From IMG/VR virus record IMGVR_UViG_3300045988_033443, positions 1 to 38,654 of that record: a DNA stretch of 38,654 nt; one strand, 5' to 3'. How positions within the stretch are numbered: position 1 is the stretch's first letter; every line of letters begins with the position of its first letter. The notes under the pieces were generated by a model that ran no database searches, had not been told where the DNA came from, and saw nothing but the letters and a program-made list of their open reading frames with translations. Below, piece after piece: positions 1 through 8,759 of the stretch. This stretch comes from a virus. The position numbers and the translations under genes were made by a program.

Positions 1-55
1 GAAAGACTAGGAATGCGACTTCCCGCAATATACAAGCGAAAACCCATACAAGGAG
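1..55. repeat. terminal direct repeat copy 1 (identical to 38600-38654)
   Basis: Base-by-base comparison: GAAAGACTAGGAATGCGACTTCCCGCAATATACAAGCGAAAACCCATACAAGGAG occurs at both ends. Confidence 0.97.
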
Positions 56-63
56 CCGGCAAG

Positions 64-234
64 ATGAGCTACAACGTCGTCACCACGGAAGGCGTCAGAA
101 CATTCGAGGACATCGACGATGCCGGCGACTACGCGCAGGCCGTGTCCTTGAGGACTGGCGAACCGGTCAAGGTGTTCCATGCCGATACCGGACTGGCCGC
201 ATTCACAGTCAAAACAAAGAAAGAAACGAAATGA
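64..234 (+). CDS. hypothetical small protein (56 aa)
   Basis: In-frame ATG at 64, 8 nt after AAGGAG (50-55), within track ORF 13..234. Stop overlaps the next start (ATGA). Confidence 0.55.
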   Translation: MSYNVVTTEGVRTFEDIDDAGDYAQAVSLRTGEPVKVFHADTGLAAFTVKTKKETK

Positions 235-380
235 AAGTGAAGAAAACCCTCATGGACATGATCGTCAAATGGCATCAGGCAGGCTATGCACTAGACGAAA
301 TCGCACCGCTCGTGCCGCAAGTGCCGAAAGCCGAAGTCGCGGCCATCATCCACCAGTACGACAAGGAGACCAGACTTTGA
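231..380 (+). CDS. hypothetical small protein (49 aa, MKVKKTLMDMIVKWHQAGYALDEIAPLV...)
   Basis: Not in the track because it is under 60 aa. ATGA coupling to the upstream gene and TTGA coupling to the downstream gene. Protein-like composition. Confidence 0.5.
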   Translation: MKVKKTLMDMIVKWHQAGYALDEIAPLVPQVPKAEVAAIIHQYDKETRL

Positions 381-1129
381 CCGACTGCCAGCACTGCCAC
401 AAGCCCATGAAACCGGCGGCGGCGAACCTGCTCTGCGCCAGCTGCCGCGAAACCTACTGGCAGGCCATCCGCCAACTCGGCCACGTCCAACTGCCCGCCC
501 TGCGAAGCATCATGCTCCGACAGGCCCGCATCGGCACCCCAACACACACGCCAAGCCGAGGCAACGCGCCAATGCCAATCGACACCCACGCTCAAGACCT
601 CATCGCAGACAGCGAAGCATGGTTGGCGGAACAGGCAGGCAAAATACGCGCCGCATACGCCGCATACGATTGGCGTAAAGCATGGTATGCCATCATCAGC
701 AACCGGCACACCATATTGAACATGCCAACCGCAGCAGACGACTACATCGCCCTGGAACACATCACCAGACGCAACGAACAAGCGTTGACGCCGGAAGAAG
801 CCATGGTCATCATCGGCACCTGCCCAAAATGCGGCCACCAAGCCGCCAGCACGCCACAGGCCGACGAATGGACATGCCCGCACTGCAAATGGCAAGGCGG
901 AGTCCAAGCCATCAAAGCCACACGCGACAACAAACTCTGGCAACTCGAATACACCGGAAAACCAGTCGAAGTCGCAAGATGCCTCGCCAAAATGGACATC
1001 CACTGCACAAGCGACCAGATCCGCCAATGGCTCACCAGAGGCAAACTCCACGCCACGCCGACAAAACACAAAGGAGAGTACGTGTTCAACCTCGGAGAAC
1101 TCACAGCCATGCTTGACTGTCACAATTAA
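377..1129 (+). CDS. double zinc-ribbon protein with C-terminal HTH-like DNA-binding region
   Basis: Track ORF 179..1129. Probable TTG start at 377, overlapping the upstream stop. Two CxxC...CxxC pairs (CQHC..CASC; CPKC..CPHC). The C-terminus (EVARCLAKMDIHCTSDQIRQWLTRGKL) resembles MerR/excisionase-type HTH. Confidence 0.6.
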   Translation: MTDCQHCHKPMKPAAANLLCASCRETYWQAIRQLGHVQLPALRSIMLRQARIGTPTHTPSRGNAPMPIDTHAQDLIADSEAWLAEQAGKIRAAYAAYDWRKAWYAIISNRHTILNMPTAADDYIALEHITRRNEQALTPEEAMVIIGTCPKCGHQAASTPQADEWTCPHCKWQGGVQAIKATRDNKLWQLEYTGKPVEVARCLAKMDIHCTSDQIRQWLTRGKLHATPTKHKGEYVFNLGELTAMLDCHN

Positions 1130-1201
1130 AATGCTATACTGTCGTATGTTTGTAAAATGAAATGGTTCAGCCGGAAATGGTTGGACCATTTTTCATATTC
1201 A

Positions 1202-1358
1202 GCTTCGGTAGCTCAGTGGCAGAGCACAAGGGATAGCACAGATACCAGAGGACGGAACAGACCGGCCATGGCTTCCTACTTCTTTAAATCGAATGCCCGT
1301 GATGATAAAGACAGTGCACCTCACACAAGCGCTGGTTCGACTCCAGCCCGAAGCACCA
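1202..1358 (+). tRNA. tRNA-like gene with perfect acceptor, D- and T-arms and encoded CCA, but about 100 nt in place of the anticodon arm
   Basis: GCTTCGG (1202-1208) pairs with CCGAAGC (1348-1354), followed by A and CCA. D-arm is TA GCTC AGTGGCA GAGC A (1209-1226). T-arm is GCTGG TTCGACT CCAGC (1331-1347). No 5-bp/7-nt anticodon hairpin was found in 1227-1330. Confidence 0.6.
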
Positions 1359-1373
1359 CAAGGCGGTGACCAC

Positions 1374-1682
1374 ATGCCAGGAAGAACGCGCAAGACAAGC
1401 CGCCAATTCGAAAAAGACAAGGCCGCATTCTTCACACAATGCAAGGCACAGCATGCGGTCTGCTGGTTGTGTGGTATGCCAATCGACTACAACGCAGTCA
1501 AGAACACCACAGATGACTCATTCAACCTCGATCACATGTTCCCAGTCAGCAAGCACCCCGAACTCCAATTCGACCCAGCAGGCTTCAAACCAAGCCACAC
1601 CAGCTGCAACCGACTAAGAGGCAACAGTGACCCGCCAGCACCAATCGGCGTGCTCTCAAGACAATGGATAACAACAGCATGA
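1374..1682 (+). CDS. HNH endonuclease (packaging-associated)
   Basis: ATG at 1374 lies in the frame of track ORF 1293..1682, after the tRNA-like element. HNH-type motifs are present (CWLCG..., LDHMFPVSKHP..., PSHTSCN). It sits just upstream of the terminase genes. Confidence 0.85.
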   Translation: MPGRTRKTSRQFEKDKAAFFTQCKAQHAVCWLCGMPIDYNAVKNTTDDSFNLDHMFPVSKHPELQFDPAGFKPSHTSCNRLRGNSDPPAPIGVLSRQWITTA

Positions 1683-1960
1683 GCAAGGAGGCAATGATGC
1701 CACAGCAGCCAGTCACACTAGAGCTCACTGCCACAATCAGCGACAAGACATTCCCAATCAGCTCATTCACCGTCAACATCCCAATCAACGTCACCCACAA
1801 CGAGGTCAACACCTTCATGGTCGGAGACGCATACACCACACTCATCACGCCCAAGCCACCAAGCGCAGACGAACTCATCACACGCTTCACAAACGCAATC
1901 AACGCATTCCAAACAGCATTCGAAACCGACCCAAACGGGGTAGGGGCGGTGAAATCGTAA
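1664..1960 (+). CDS. hypothetical protein (start uncertain: 1664, 1694 or 1697)
   Basis: Track ORF. AAGGAGG at 1685-1691 favours the ATG at 1697. Confidence 0.55.
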   Translation: MDNNSMSKEAMMPQQPVTLELTATISDKTFPISSFTVNIPINVTHNEVNTFMVGDAYTTLITPKPPSADELITRFTNAINAFQTAFETDPNGVGAVKS

Positions 1961-2064
1961 AACCAACGCGAGGGTGCAAGACGTCCCGCGTGGTTGGTCT
2001 TCCTCTCCCCGATGGCCGAAATTGAACGGGGGTCGCGCGCGCGATTGCAGATTCGAGGTGAAGT

Positions 2065-2406
2065 ATGTCGGTGAAATTCCCGAGCCATAATGTGGCGGAG
2101 GCTTTGGAGCGCTCATTGAAGAACGCCGATGGGCTGAAGGCCGTGAATTCCGCAGTGGTCGCGGCCGCCCGCGTACTGGCTGGTCGGATTGACTTCCTGA
2201 ATGCCACCGGATTCGTTGACGAGAACGGGAAGATCGACAATGTGACTCTGCCGACTTTCCTGAAATACTGCCAGTCTCTCGGATTGACTTTGGACGCTCC
2301 AGCGAAGGTCGGGCGTCCGGCCAGGCAGAAGCCCGAAGTCAGGGCTGAGGAAGCGAAGAGCGACAAGGTTATCGCGATGGATGATTTCATGAAGCGGTTC
2401 GGCTGA
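2065..2406 (+). CDS. putative terminase small subunit
   Basis: 113-aa protein immediately upstream of TerL and downstream of HNH. Basic, DNA-binding-like C-terminal half. The assignment rests on position. Confidence 0.6.
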   Translation: MSVKFPSHNVAEALERSLKNADGLKAVNSAVVAAARVLAGRIDFLNATGFVDENGKIDNVTLPTFLKYCQSLGLTLDAPAKVGRPARQKPEVRAEEAKSDKVIAMDDFMKRFG

Positions 2407-2419
2407 GAGGTGGTGTCCG

Positions 2420-4033
2420 ATGGTGGCTGAGAATCTTACGGTTTTTGGTGCCATCGATGACGAGAGACATGGCGTGACCCTGCCGCGTATCTTCACGCCG
2501 CCGTTGCGCCCGTTGACGAGGGAGACGAGCAATGGTTTCGCGGTTATCGCGTTCGCGGAGATCATGCTGCACGTGCATCTTTACCCGTGGCAGCAGTGGC
2601 TTTTAGTGCATGCGCTCGAACTGCTTGAGGACGGTTCGTATCGTTTCCGCAAGGTCATCGTTCTGGTGGCCAGACAGAACGGCAAGACAACGCTGATGGG
2701 CGTTTTGGCCGCATGGTGGCTGTTCGTGGACTCGAACAAGCATCCGGACAGGGTGCCGCCGGTGAAGTTTCTGGTGGTAGGTGCGGCGCAGACGTTGGAC
2801 AATGCGAAAGGCCCTTACAATCAGGTCAAGGAATGGTGCAATCCTCAGCCTTCTACCGATGAGGAAGCGGATCTGGTGATTCCGGATCTCGCCGCGATGA
2901 CGCAGAAATTCGTCAACACGAACGGCGAGGAAGCGATCATCACGAGGAGCAAAGCCCGGTATATCGTCCGCGCGGATAAGAATATTCGCGCGAAGAGCGC
3001 TGCCCGTGTGGTGTTCGATGAGTTGCGTGAGCAGCATACGGACGATGGCTGGAATGCTGTCAGTCAGACCACGAAGGCCGTGTGGTCGAGCCAGTTGTGG
3101 GGCATTTCGAACGCTGGCGACTATCGTTCCGTCGCGCTTCGCAAGCAGGTGGATAAGGGCCGTAAGCTTGTTGACGAGTGGGCGCGCCTGAGCGCCGACG
3201 GTGGCAATCCGGCCGACGTGTTCCTGTCCGGCGAGCAGGACGGCTCTTTCGGATATTTCGAGTGGAGCGCCCCTGACAAGTGTCCGGTGGATGATGCCGA
3301 CGCTATCCGGCAGGCGAATCCGTCGCTCGGCTATGGGCCGATGACCGTCATGAGCGTCCGTTCGGATATTGACGGCATGACCGAGGCCGCGTTCCGCACC
3401 GAGGTCCTGTGCCAGTGGGTCACGGCTGACATCATTCCTTTCATCAATCCGAAAATGTGGGCCAGCGGCCTTGATTCGCGTTCCACGATTCCGGACGAGA
3501 ATCGAGTGGTGCTGTCCGTGGATACGAGCGCGGACCGTAAGACCACGTATGTGGCCGCTGCCGGAATGCGTGCGGACGGGTTGCCACACGTGGAGTTGAT
3601 TGCTCGCCGTGACGGCATGCTGTGGGTGCCGCACTTTTTGGATCTGCTTCGTGAGAGCTGGCCGGGCATTTGTGAGATTGCTGTGCAGTCGAAGGGCTGT
3701 CCGGCAGTCGATTTCATCGACCCGCTCACCGAAAAAGGCTGGAACGTGCATCTCATCGAGGGCTTTCGTTTGGGCGCGTGCTGTGGCCGCTTCCTGGACC
3801 GTGTGCGTGAGGGGAAGTTGCGGCATTTGCCGCAGCCCGCCATCGAACAGCAGGTTTCCGTGGCCGTGTCACGGCGTCTTGGCGAGGTCGAGGCGTGGGA
3901 CAGGACGAAATCAGCATTGCAGATTTCCGGCTTGGTTGCCGAATCGCAGGCATTGTACGCGTTGGAGACCATGCAAGTCGAAGCGGAGACACCGAAATAT
4001 GCGCCGAGCGTGACCCATTTCGCAGTCGTATGA
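2420..4033 (+). CDS. terL: terminase large subunit
   Basis: 537 aa. Walker A-like VARQNGKTT. Terminase-like layout, located upstream of the portal gene. Confidence 0.9.
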   Translation: MVAENLTVFGAIDDERHGVTLPRIFTPPLRPLTRETSNGFAVIAFAEIMLHVHLYPWQQWLLVHALELLEDGSYRFRKVIVLVARQNGKTTLMGVLAAWWLFVDSNKHPDRVPPVKFLVVGAAQTLDNAKGPYNQVKEWCNPQPSTDEEADLVIPDLAAMTQKFVNTNGEEAIITRSKARYIVRADKNIRAKSAARVVFDELREQHTDDGWNAVSQTTKAVWSSQLWGISNAGDYRSVALRKQVDKGRKLVDEWARLSADGGNPADVFLSGEQDGSFGYFEWSAPDKCPVDDADAIRQANPSLGYGPMTVMSVRSDIDGMTEAAFRTEVLCQWVTADIIPFINPKMWASGLDSRSTIPDENRVVLSVDTSADRKTTYVAAAGMRADGLPHVELIARRDGMLWVPHFLDLLRESWPGICEIAVQSKGCPAVDFIDPLTEKGWNVHLIEGFRLGACCGRFLDRVREGKLRHLPQPAIEQQVSVAVSRRLGEVEAWDRTKSALQISGLVAESQALYALETMQVEAETPKYAPSVTHFAVV

Positions 4034-4050
4034 CCCAGTGAGGAGGTTTC

Positions 4051-5334
4051 ATGGGGTTCTTTTCCAGATGGCTCAAGAAAAGCCCGGTATCCGTGGCCCA
4101 GAAGTTCTCCGAATCGCCAGTGAACATTTCACAGGTGGCGCAGATTCCAATCGACTGGTTCGGCGCCGGAGTCTACGAACGAGAGGCGGCGGTACGCACC
4201 GTCATCGACCATATCGCGCGGAATATCGCCAGCATGCCATTCAAGGTCTACACTCGCCAGCCTGACGGTGACCGCGTGGAGGACACGACAAGCCCTTTGG
4301 CGCAGTTGATGGCAAAGCCGAGCGTTCTTCCTGGCATGACACGTTACCGATTCTTCTACTCGCTGCTCTGCGATGGCCTGCTCAATGATCGGTGGCTGTG
4401 CCTGCTCGATGCTGACAGGCAGTCCGGCAGATTGTGGCTGCGGCGTATTCCGGTGCAGAATTTCACGCTTTCCGGCAATACTCTTGATGAGATCACCGGC
4501 GTGCAGATCAGTACCGGACAGCCGGAAGGAAGCCAGTATTTCAAGCTGCCAGACCCGCAGATTCTGCTTGATGTGGGCTATAGCACGTCCGGCATCGGCG
4601 GTTCTCCGGTGTCCGGCACTCTCGCACCGCTTTTGGCGGAGGCGCGTGAGATGGCCGAATATCGTCGTGCGATAGCGAAGAACGGCGGTCAGATTCCGGC
4701 GTACATCTCGCGTCCGAAGGAGATGCCGTGGCCGTCGCAGGAGGCGCAGGACGAATTCGTGCAGGGCATGCGCAATTACAAGGCTGGAGGCAATCTCGCC
4801 GGTGGCTGGCCCCTGCTCAACGACGGCATGGAAATCAAGACAGTGGACGCGTTCAAGCCGATCGACATGCAGGACATTGATGCGAGGGACAGAATTCGCA
4901 TAGACGTGGCCAACGCTTTCCATATCGCGCCGGAGAATCTTGGCTTTCGCAGCGGCACGAATTCCAACATCGCTTCCTTCAAGGAGCAGATGTGGAATGT
5001 GGAATTGATGCCGTACATCGTGGCGTTCGAACAGTCGCTCAATCTGCTGCTGCCTGACGCGCTCGGCCAGCCGGACGCCTACATCGAAGCGAATGTGGAT
5101 GCGAAGCTTCGCGGCACGTTCTCCGAGCAGTATCAGGCGCTCAGCACGGCCACGGGGCGCAGCTTCATGACCACGAACGAGGCGCGGCGCATCCTCAACT
5201 ATCCGAAGCTCGATGGTGGCGACGAATTGGTGACGCCATTGAATGTGGCAACCGGCGGACAGCCCAGCCCGCAGGATGGCGGCAGGACGCAGAACGCGCA
5301 ACAGAACAATCCAGTGAACGGAGAAGGACAGTGA
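4051..5334 (+). CDS. portal protein (HK97-type)
   Basis: 427 aa. RBS GAGGAGG upstream. Lies between terL and the prohead protease. Portal-like sequence. Confidence 0.85.
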   Translation: MGFFSRWLKKSPVSVAQKFSESPVNISQVAQIPIDWFGAGVYEREAAVRTVIDHIARNIASMPFKVYTRQPDGDRVEDTTSPLAQLMAKPSVLPGMTRYRFFYSLLCDGLLNDRWLCLLDADRQSGRLWLRRIPVQNFTLSGNTLDEITGVQISTGQPEGSQYFKLPDPQILLDVGYSTSGIGGSPVSGTLAPLLAEAREMAEYRRAIAKNGGQIPAYISRPKEMPWPSQEAQDEFVQGMRNYKAGGNLAGGWPLLNDGMEIKTVDAFKPIDMQDIDARDRIRIDVANAFHIAPENLGFRSGTNSNIASFKEQMWNVELMPYIVAFEQSLNLLLPDALGQPDAYIEANVDAKLRGTFSEQYQALSTATGRSFMTTNEARRILNYPKLDGGDELVTPLNVATGGQPSPQDGGRTQNAQQNNPVNGEGQ

Positions 5335-6098
5335 ATCTCAAACAGCTCAGATTCAACGTGAAATCCTTGGATGATTCGGCTGGCGAAGGCGTTTTCAGCG
5401 GCTACGCCAGCACTTTCGGCAACAAGGACCTGCAGGGTGACGTGATCGCCAAAGGCGCTTTCGCGGAGACCTTGGAGAAGGACTACGCCGGCGGAGCCGG
5501 CATCCCGATCCATTGGAACCATCAGGACGGCAAGCCGACCGACATCATCGGACGCACCTTGAGCGCCGTCGAGGACGAGAAGGGCCTGCTCATCTCGGCC
5601 CAGCTCGACATCGAGGATAATCCAACCGCCCAGCAGGCTTACGACCTGCTCAAGGATGGCAGGGTCCATCAGATGAGCATCGGCTTCGTGCCGACGAAGA
5701 CCGCGTGGATCACGGAAAAAGGCGACGGCCCGTGGGGCGGCCATTCCGAATTCCAGCAGATCAAGCTTTTCGAGATCAGCGTGGTGCCGGTGGCCGCGAA
5801 CCAGCAGGCCGAGATTCTGGCGGTGAAGTCAGGTCGCGCCATCAGCTCCGCCAACGAGGAGAAGCTTCGTGCTGCATTGGCGTCGCTGAACGAGGCGCTG
5901 GAAAGCATCGATTCCGACAATTCCAGCACTTCCGACGAAGATAAGCCGGATGATTCCAAGACCGGCGAGCAACAGGATAAGAAGCTTGCCCCTAATAAGG
6001 GTAGGGACGCGGAAGCTGAGAAGGCCGAGCGTCTGAATGTAATCAAATCCGCCCGTGAACTGGTCACTGGCGGCAAGGACAACAAGGAGACCAAATGA
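5331..6098 (+). CDS. prohead (capsid maturation) protease, HK97 family
   Basis: GYASTFGNKDLQGDVIAKGAF...HWNH...MSIGF motifs are typical of HK97 prohead proteases. GTG start is coupled to the portal stop. Confidence 0.85.
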   Translation: MNLKQLRFNVKSLDDSAGEGVFSGYASTFGNKDLQGDVIAKGAFAETLEKDYAGGAGIPIHWNHQDGKPTDIIGRTLSAVEDEKGLLISAQLDIEDNPTAQQAYDLLKDGRVHQMSIGFVPTKTAWITEKGDGPWGGHSEFQQIKLFEISVVPVAANQQAEILAVKSGRAISSANEEKLRAALASLNEALESIDSDNSSTSDEDKPDDSKTGEQQDKKLAPNKGRDAEAEKAERLNVIKSARELVTGGKDNKETK

Positions 6099-7300
6099 GT
6101 TTCAATGATCGTCTCGCCAAGACCAAGGCCGCCATCGAAGCGGTGCTGGCCAAGGGCGAGGATAATCTCACCGCTTCCGACATCGAGAAGCTGAAGGGTC
6201 TGAACGCCGAAGCGCACGAATTGCAGGATTCCATCGAAACGGTGGATGCGGTGCATAAGCGTTTCGCGGGATTGACCGACAATCTGGCGGACACACAGAA
6301 GAGCGGAGCCGCATCCGGCGAATCTCTTGGCGATTTCGTCGTGAAGAACATCGGCGAACAGCTGGCAAAGATAAAGGGAGTTTCGGGAGCGTCAATCGCA
6401 GCACCGGAATGGGTTCCGCACCGCAAGGCCAACACTGACACGCAGGTTACCAGCGGACCGTCCGGCGTGTACGGCTCCCTGTTGACATACGTGGACCCGA
6501 ATTTCGTCCAGGCTTACCGCCGTCCGACCATCACCAACCTATTCGGTGTCGGCGCGATAAGCGGACAGGCCATCATCTACTACGTGGAAGGCGAAAAGGA
6601 AGGCGATTTCGAAACCGTCGGCGAAGGCGAGAAATTCAGTCAGATCCATTACGCCGACGCGACAGAGCACACCGACGCATTATCCACAATCGCTGGATTC
6701 ATCAAGGAATCCAACGACATGGTCACCGACCTCGAATTCCTAAAGTCCGACATCGATGGACGTCTGCTCTACGATCTGAGCATCGCCGAGGAGAAGCAGC
6801 TGCTCAACGGCGACGGCACCGGCAAGAACATCAAGGGCCTGCTGAATCGTGAAGGAATCCAGTCATACACCGCTACCGACGCCGGCAATGACGTTGCCGT
6901 ACTGCACGCGCAGTCGATGATCTCCACCACGACCGGCATGATGCCGGATGCCCTTGTCATCAATCCGACAGACTATGAGGCCATTCGATTGAAGAAGGAC
7001 AATGATGGCAATTTCATCGGCGGTGGACCGTTCTACGGCGTGAATGGCGGCGCGCTGACCATCACTCCGCGCCTCTGGGGTCTGGACACCGTGGTGACTC
7101 CCGCTGTCGACGCCGGCACAGCTATCGTCGGCTCCTTTAAGGGCGCTGCCACCTTCTATCGCAAGGGCGGCGTGACGGTCGAGGCCACCAATTCCAATGA
7201 CACCGACTTCATCTCCGATCTGGTGACCATTCGCGCCAAGGAGCGTGTGGCTTTGGCCGTGCGCAAGCCGAAGGCTTTCGTCAAGCTGACCCTTAAGTAA
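6095..7300 (+). CDS. major capsid protein, HK97 fold with N-terminal delta domain
   Basis: 401 aa. Coiled-coil N-terminus. EEKQLLNGDGTGKNIKGLLN motif. ATGA coupling to the protease gene. Confidence 0.9.
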   Translation: MSFNDRLAKTKAAIEAVLAKGEDNLTASDIEKLKGLNAEAHELQDSIETVDAVHKRFAGLTDNLADTQKSGAASGESLGDFVVKNIGEQLAKIKGVSGASIAAPEWVPHRKANTDTQVTSGPSGVYGSLLTYVDPNFVQAYRRPTITNLFGVGAISGQAIIYYVEGEKEGDFETVGEGEKFSQIHYADATEHTDALSTIAGFIKESNDMVTDLEFLKSDIDGRLLYDLSIAEEKQLLNGDGTGKNIKGLLNREGIQSYTATDAGNDVAVLHAQSMISTTTGMMPDALVINPTDYEAIRLKKDNDGNFIGGGPFYGVNGGALTITPRLWGLDTVVTPAVDAGTAIVGSFKGAATFYRKGGVTVEATNSNDTDFISDLVTIRAKERVALAVRKPKAFVKLTLK

Positions 7301-7311
7301 GGAGACGTGAT

Positions 7312-7542
7312 ATGGCTCGACAGTTTCGAGTGATTCCAGCCTCGGCGGCGAAACTTGACCCGAATGCCCACGTGGCCGATGTGGTCTTCGTCGGGGCCAA
7401 CGGCAAGCCGACCGATATTGGCAGCGCTGCAGTGAAGCCTGCAACGCATGTGGCTTTGGCCGCCGGCGCCACACCAACCAAGAGCGAATTCGACGCCCTG
7501 GTCAATTCTCTGATTGCGGCTGGCCTGATGGCTGCAGAGTAA
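7312..7542 (+). CDS. hypothetical head-associated small protein
   Basis: Track ORF of 76 aa with an RBS (GGAGA), directly after the capsid gene. Confidence 0.55.
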   Translation: MARQFRVIPASAAKLDPNAHVADVVFVGANGKPTDIGSAAVKPATHVALAAGATPTKSEFDALVNSLIAAGLMAAE

Positions 7543-7556
7543 GCGTGGAGGTCGGC

Positions 7557-8072
7557 ATGAGTGATGTGAATGTGATTCCTGACATGATTGCCGACCCTTC
7601 GGCTTTCGAGGATGATGCCGCCTTCCGGCTCAGGGCCGCGCAGTCGGCCATCCGCCGCGAATGCGGTTGGCATGTCATGCCGAACGTGGCATTGTCAGGC
7701 GTCATCAACTCGCGTGGCGGCACGGTTATTCGACTGCCAGCCCGTCATGTGACGAGCATCGAATCATTGACCGACCGCGACGGCAACAAGCTGGCTTACG
7801 CCTATGACCCTGAGACGGGTCTTGTGGAGTCGCTTTCCGGTGGCTTTCCGGTCGGTGTTGCGGCCATCCGCTACGCGATCCATGCCGGCTATGATGACGC
7901 GCCGGACGTGCAGCAGGTGCTCATCAGCGCCGCGAAGCGAGCTGGCATGAGTCCGGTCGGGCTCGTCACCTCGCAGTCCACCAACGGCTCCAGCGCGAGC
8001 TTCGACGTGGTGTCGCTCATGCAGGCGGAGAAGGACAAGCTCAAACCCTACAGGCTTGGAGGATTGCCATGA
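7557..8072 (+). CDS. head-tail connector (gp6-like adaptor)
   Basis: ATG at 7557 follows GGAGG within track ORF 7545..8072. Position and size fit. Confidence 0.6.
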   Translation: MSDVNVIPDMIADPSAFEDDAAFRLRAAQSAIRRECGWHVMPNVALSGVINSRGGTVIRLPARHVTSIESLTDRDGNKLAYAYDPETGLVESLSGGFPVGVAAIRYAIHAGYDDAPDVQQVLISAAKRAGMSPVGLVTSQSTNGSSASFDVVSLMQAEKDKLKPYRLGGLP

Positions 8073-8467
8073 GCCTGCTTGACGACATGAATGCCGGTGG
8101 CGGCGGATGGCGTATGCCGGGCGTGACCAAGTGGCGGCGACTGCGCGCCAAACGCAAGGCCAACCCGTACAATCCGGCGCAGAACGAGCCAGACTGGAGC
8201 GTGCCTCCGGACGAGCTCGCCATCATGGGCGCCCTCTCATCCAGCTCCAGCATCCGCACGCCGGACACGCTCGACACACAAACCGAATCAACGGCGTACC
8301 TCACCATCCCTGATCCGACAGCCGACGTGAAAATCGGCGACCGGATCCGCGCAGACCCCGACGACGGACGCTTGTGGGAAGTCGACGGATTCCCCTCGAA
8401 GGACGCGAACGCATTCACCGGCTGGCGTCCGACCTTGGAATGCCGTCTGACGGAGAGAAAGGGCTGA
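8069..8467 (+). CDS. head closure / head-tail joining protein
   Basis: 132 aa, translationally coupled (ATGA). Assigned by position in the connector block. Confidence 0.55.
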   Translation: MSLLDDMNAGGGGWRMPGVTKWRRLRAKRKANPYNPAQNEPDWSVPPDELAIMGALSSSSSIRTPDTLDTQTESTAYLTIPDPTADVKIGDRIRADPDDGRLWEVDGFPSKDANAFTGWRPTLECRLTERKG

Positions 8468-8471
8468 ACAA

Positions 8472-8759
8472 ATGGCGAAAAGCAGGATATCGGTCGACTT
8501 CAACCAGAAATTTTTCGACGAGATTCTCAATAGCGCGGGAGTCAAGTCGCTCACCACGCTGGCCGCGAACAGGGCCCTCGCCTACGCGAAGGCGTCCGCT
8601 CCGGTCGATACCGGCGCATACCGCGACGGACTTGGAATCGAAGAGGTTAAAAGGGAGCACCGAACGACCGTCATGGTCGTCGGCCACGACCCGAAGACCC
8701 TGCTCGTGGAGGCGCAGACCGGCAATCTGGCCAAGGCGCTGAAGAAGGCGAGGGTCTGA
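8472..8759 (+). CDS. HK97 gp10-like neck/tail component
   Basis: 95 aa. SAPVDTGAYRDGL resembles the gp10-family motif. Confidence 0.6.
   Translation: MAKSRISVDFNQKFFDEILNSAGVKSLTTLAANRALAYAKASAPVDTGAYRDGLGIEEVKREHRTTVMVVGHDPKTLLVEAQTGNLAKALKKARV

Noticed and set aside
179-376. The upstream part of track ORF 179..1129.
   Set aside because: It overlaps two better-supported small coupled genes (64-234 and 231-380) in other frames, and its translation is Arg/Ser-rich junk.
1202-1358. Interpretation as a tmRNA, or as a hammerhead-containing element.
   Set aside because: Pair 3-70 is U-A rather than the G-U alanine identity pair. A true D-stem is present. The element is less than half the usual tmRNA size, and no tag ORF with a resume codon is evident. 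GTGATGA (1299-1305) lacks the C of the hammerhead core CUGAUGA, and there is no partner GAAA.
1293-1373. The N-terminal extension of the HNH ORF, and ORF 1157..1369, both overlapping the tRNA-like element.
   Set aside because: The extension would be translated through the T-arm, acceptor and CCA. A good ATG at 1374 follows the element and precedes the HNH domain.
2603-3826. A 407-aa minus-strand ORF antisense to the terminase gene. Similar long antisense ORFs include 284..1189, 4129..5301, 10710..11609, 11619..12653, 12663..13424, 18328..19404, 22514..23347 and 33501..34505.
   Set aside because: Their translations are Arg/Ala/His-rich and low in complexity. They lack RBSs and lie exactly antisense to genes with clear homology-style motifs. 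These are typical stop-poor antisense frames of GC-rich DNA.
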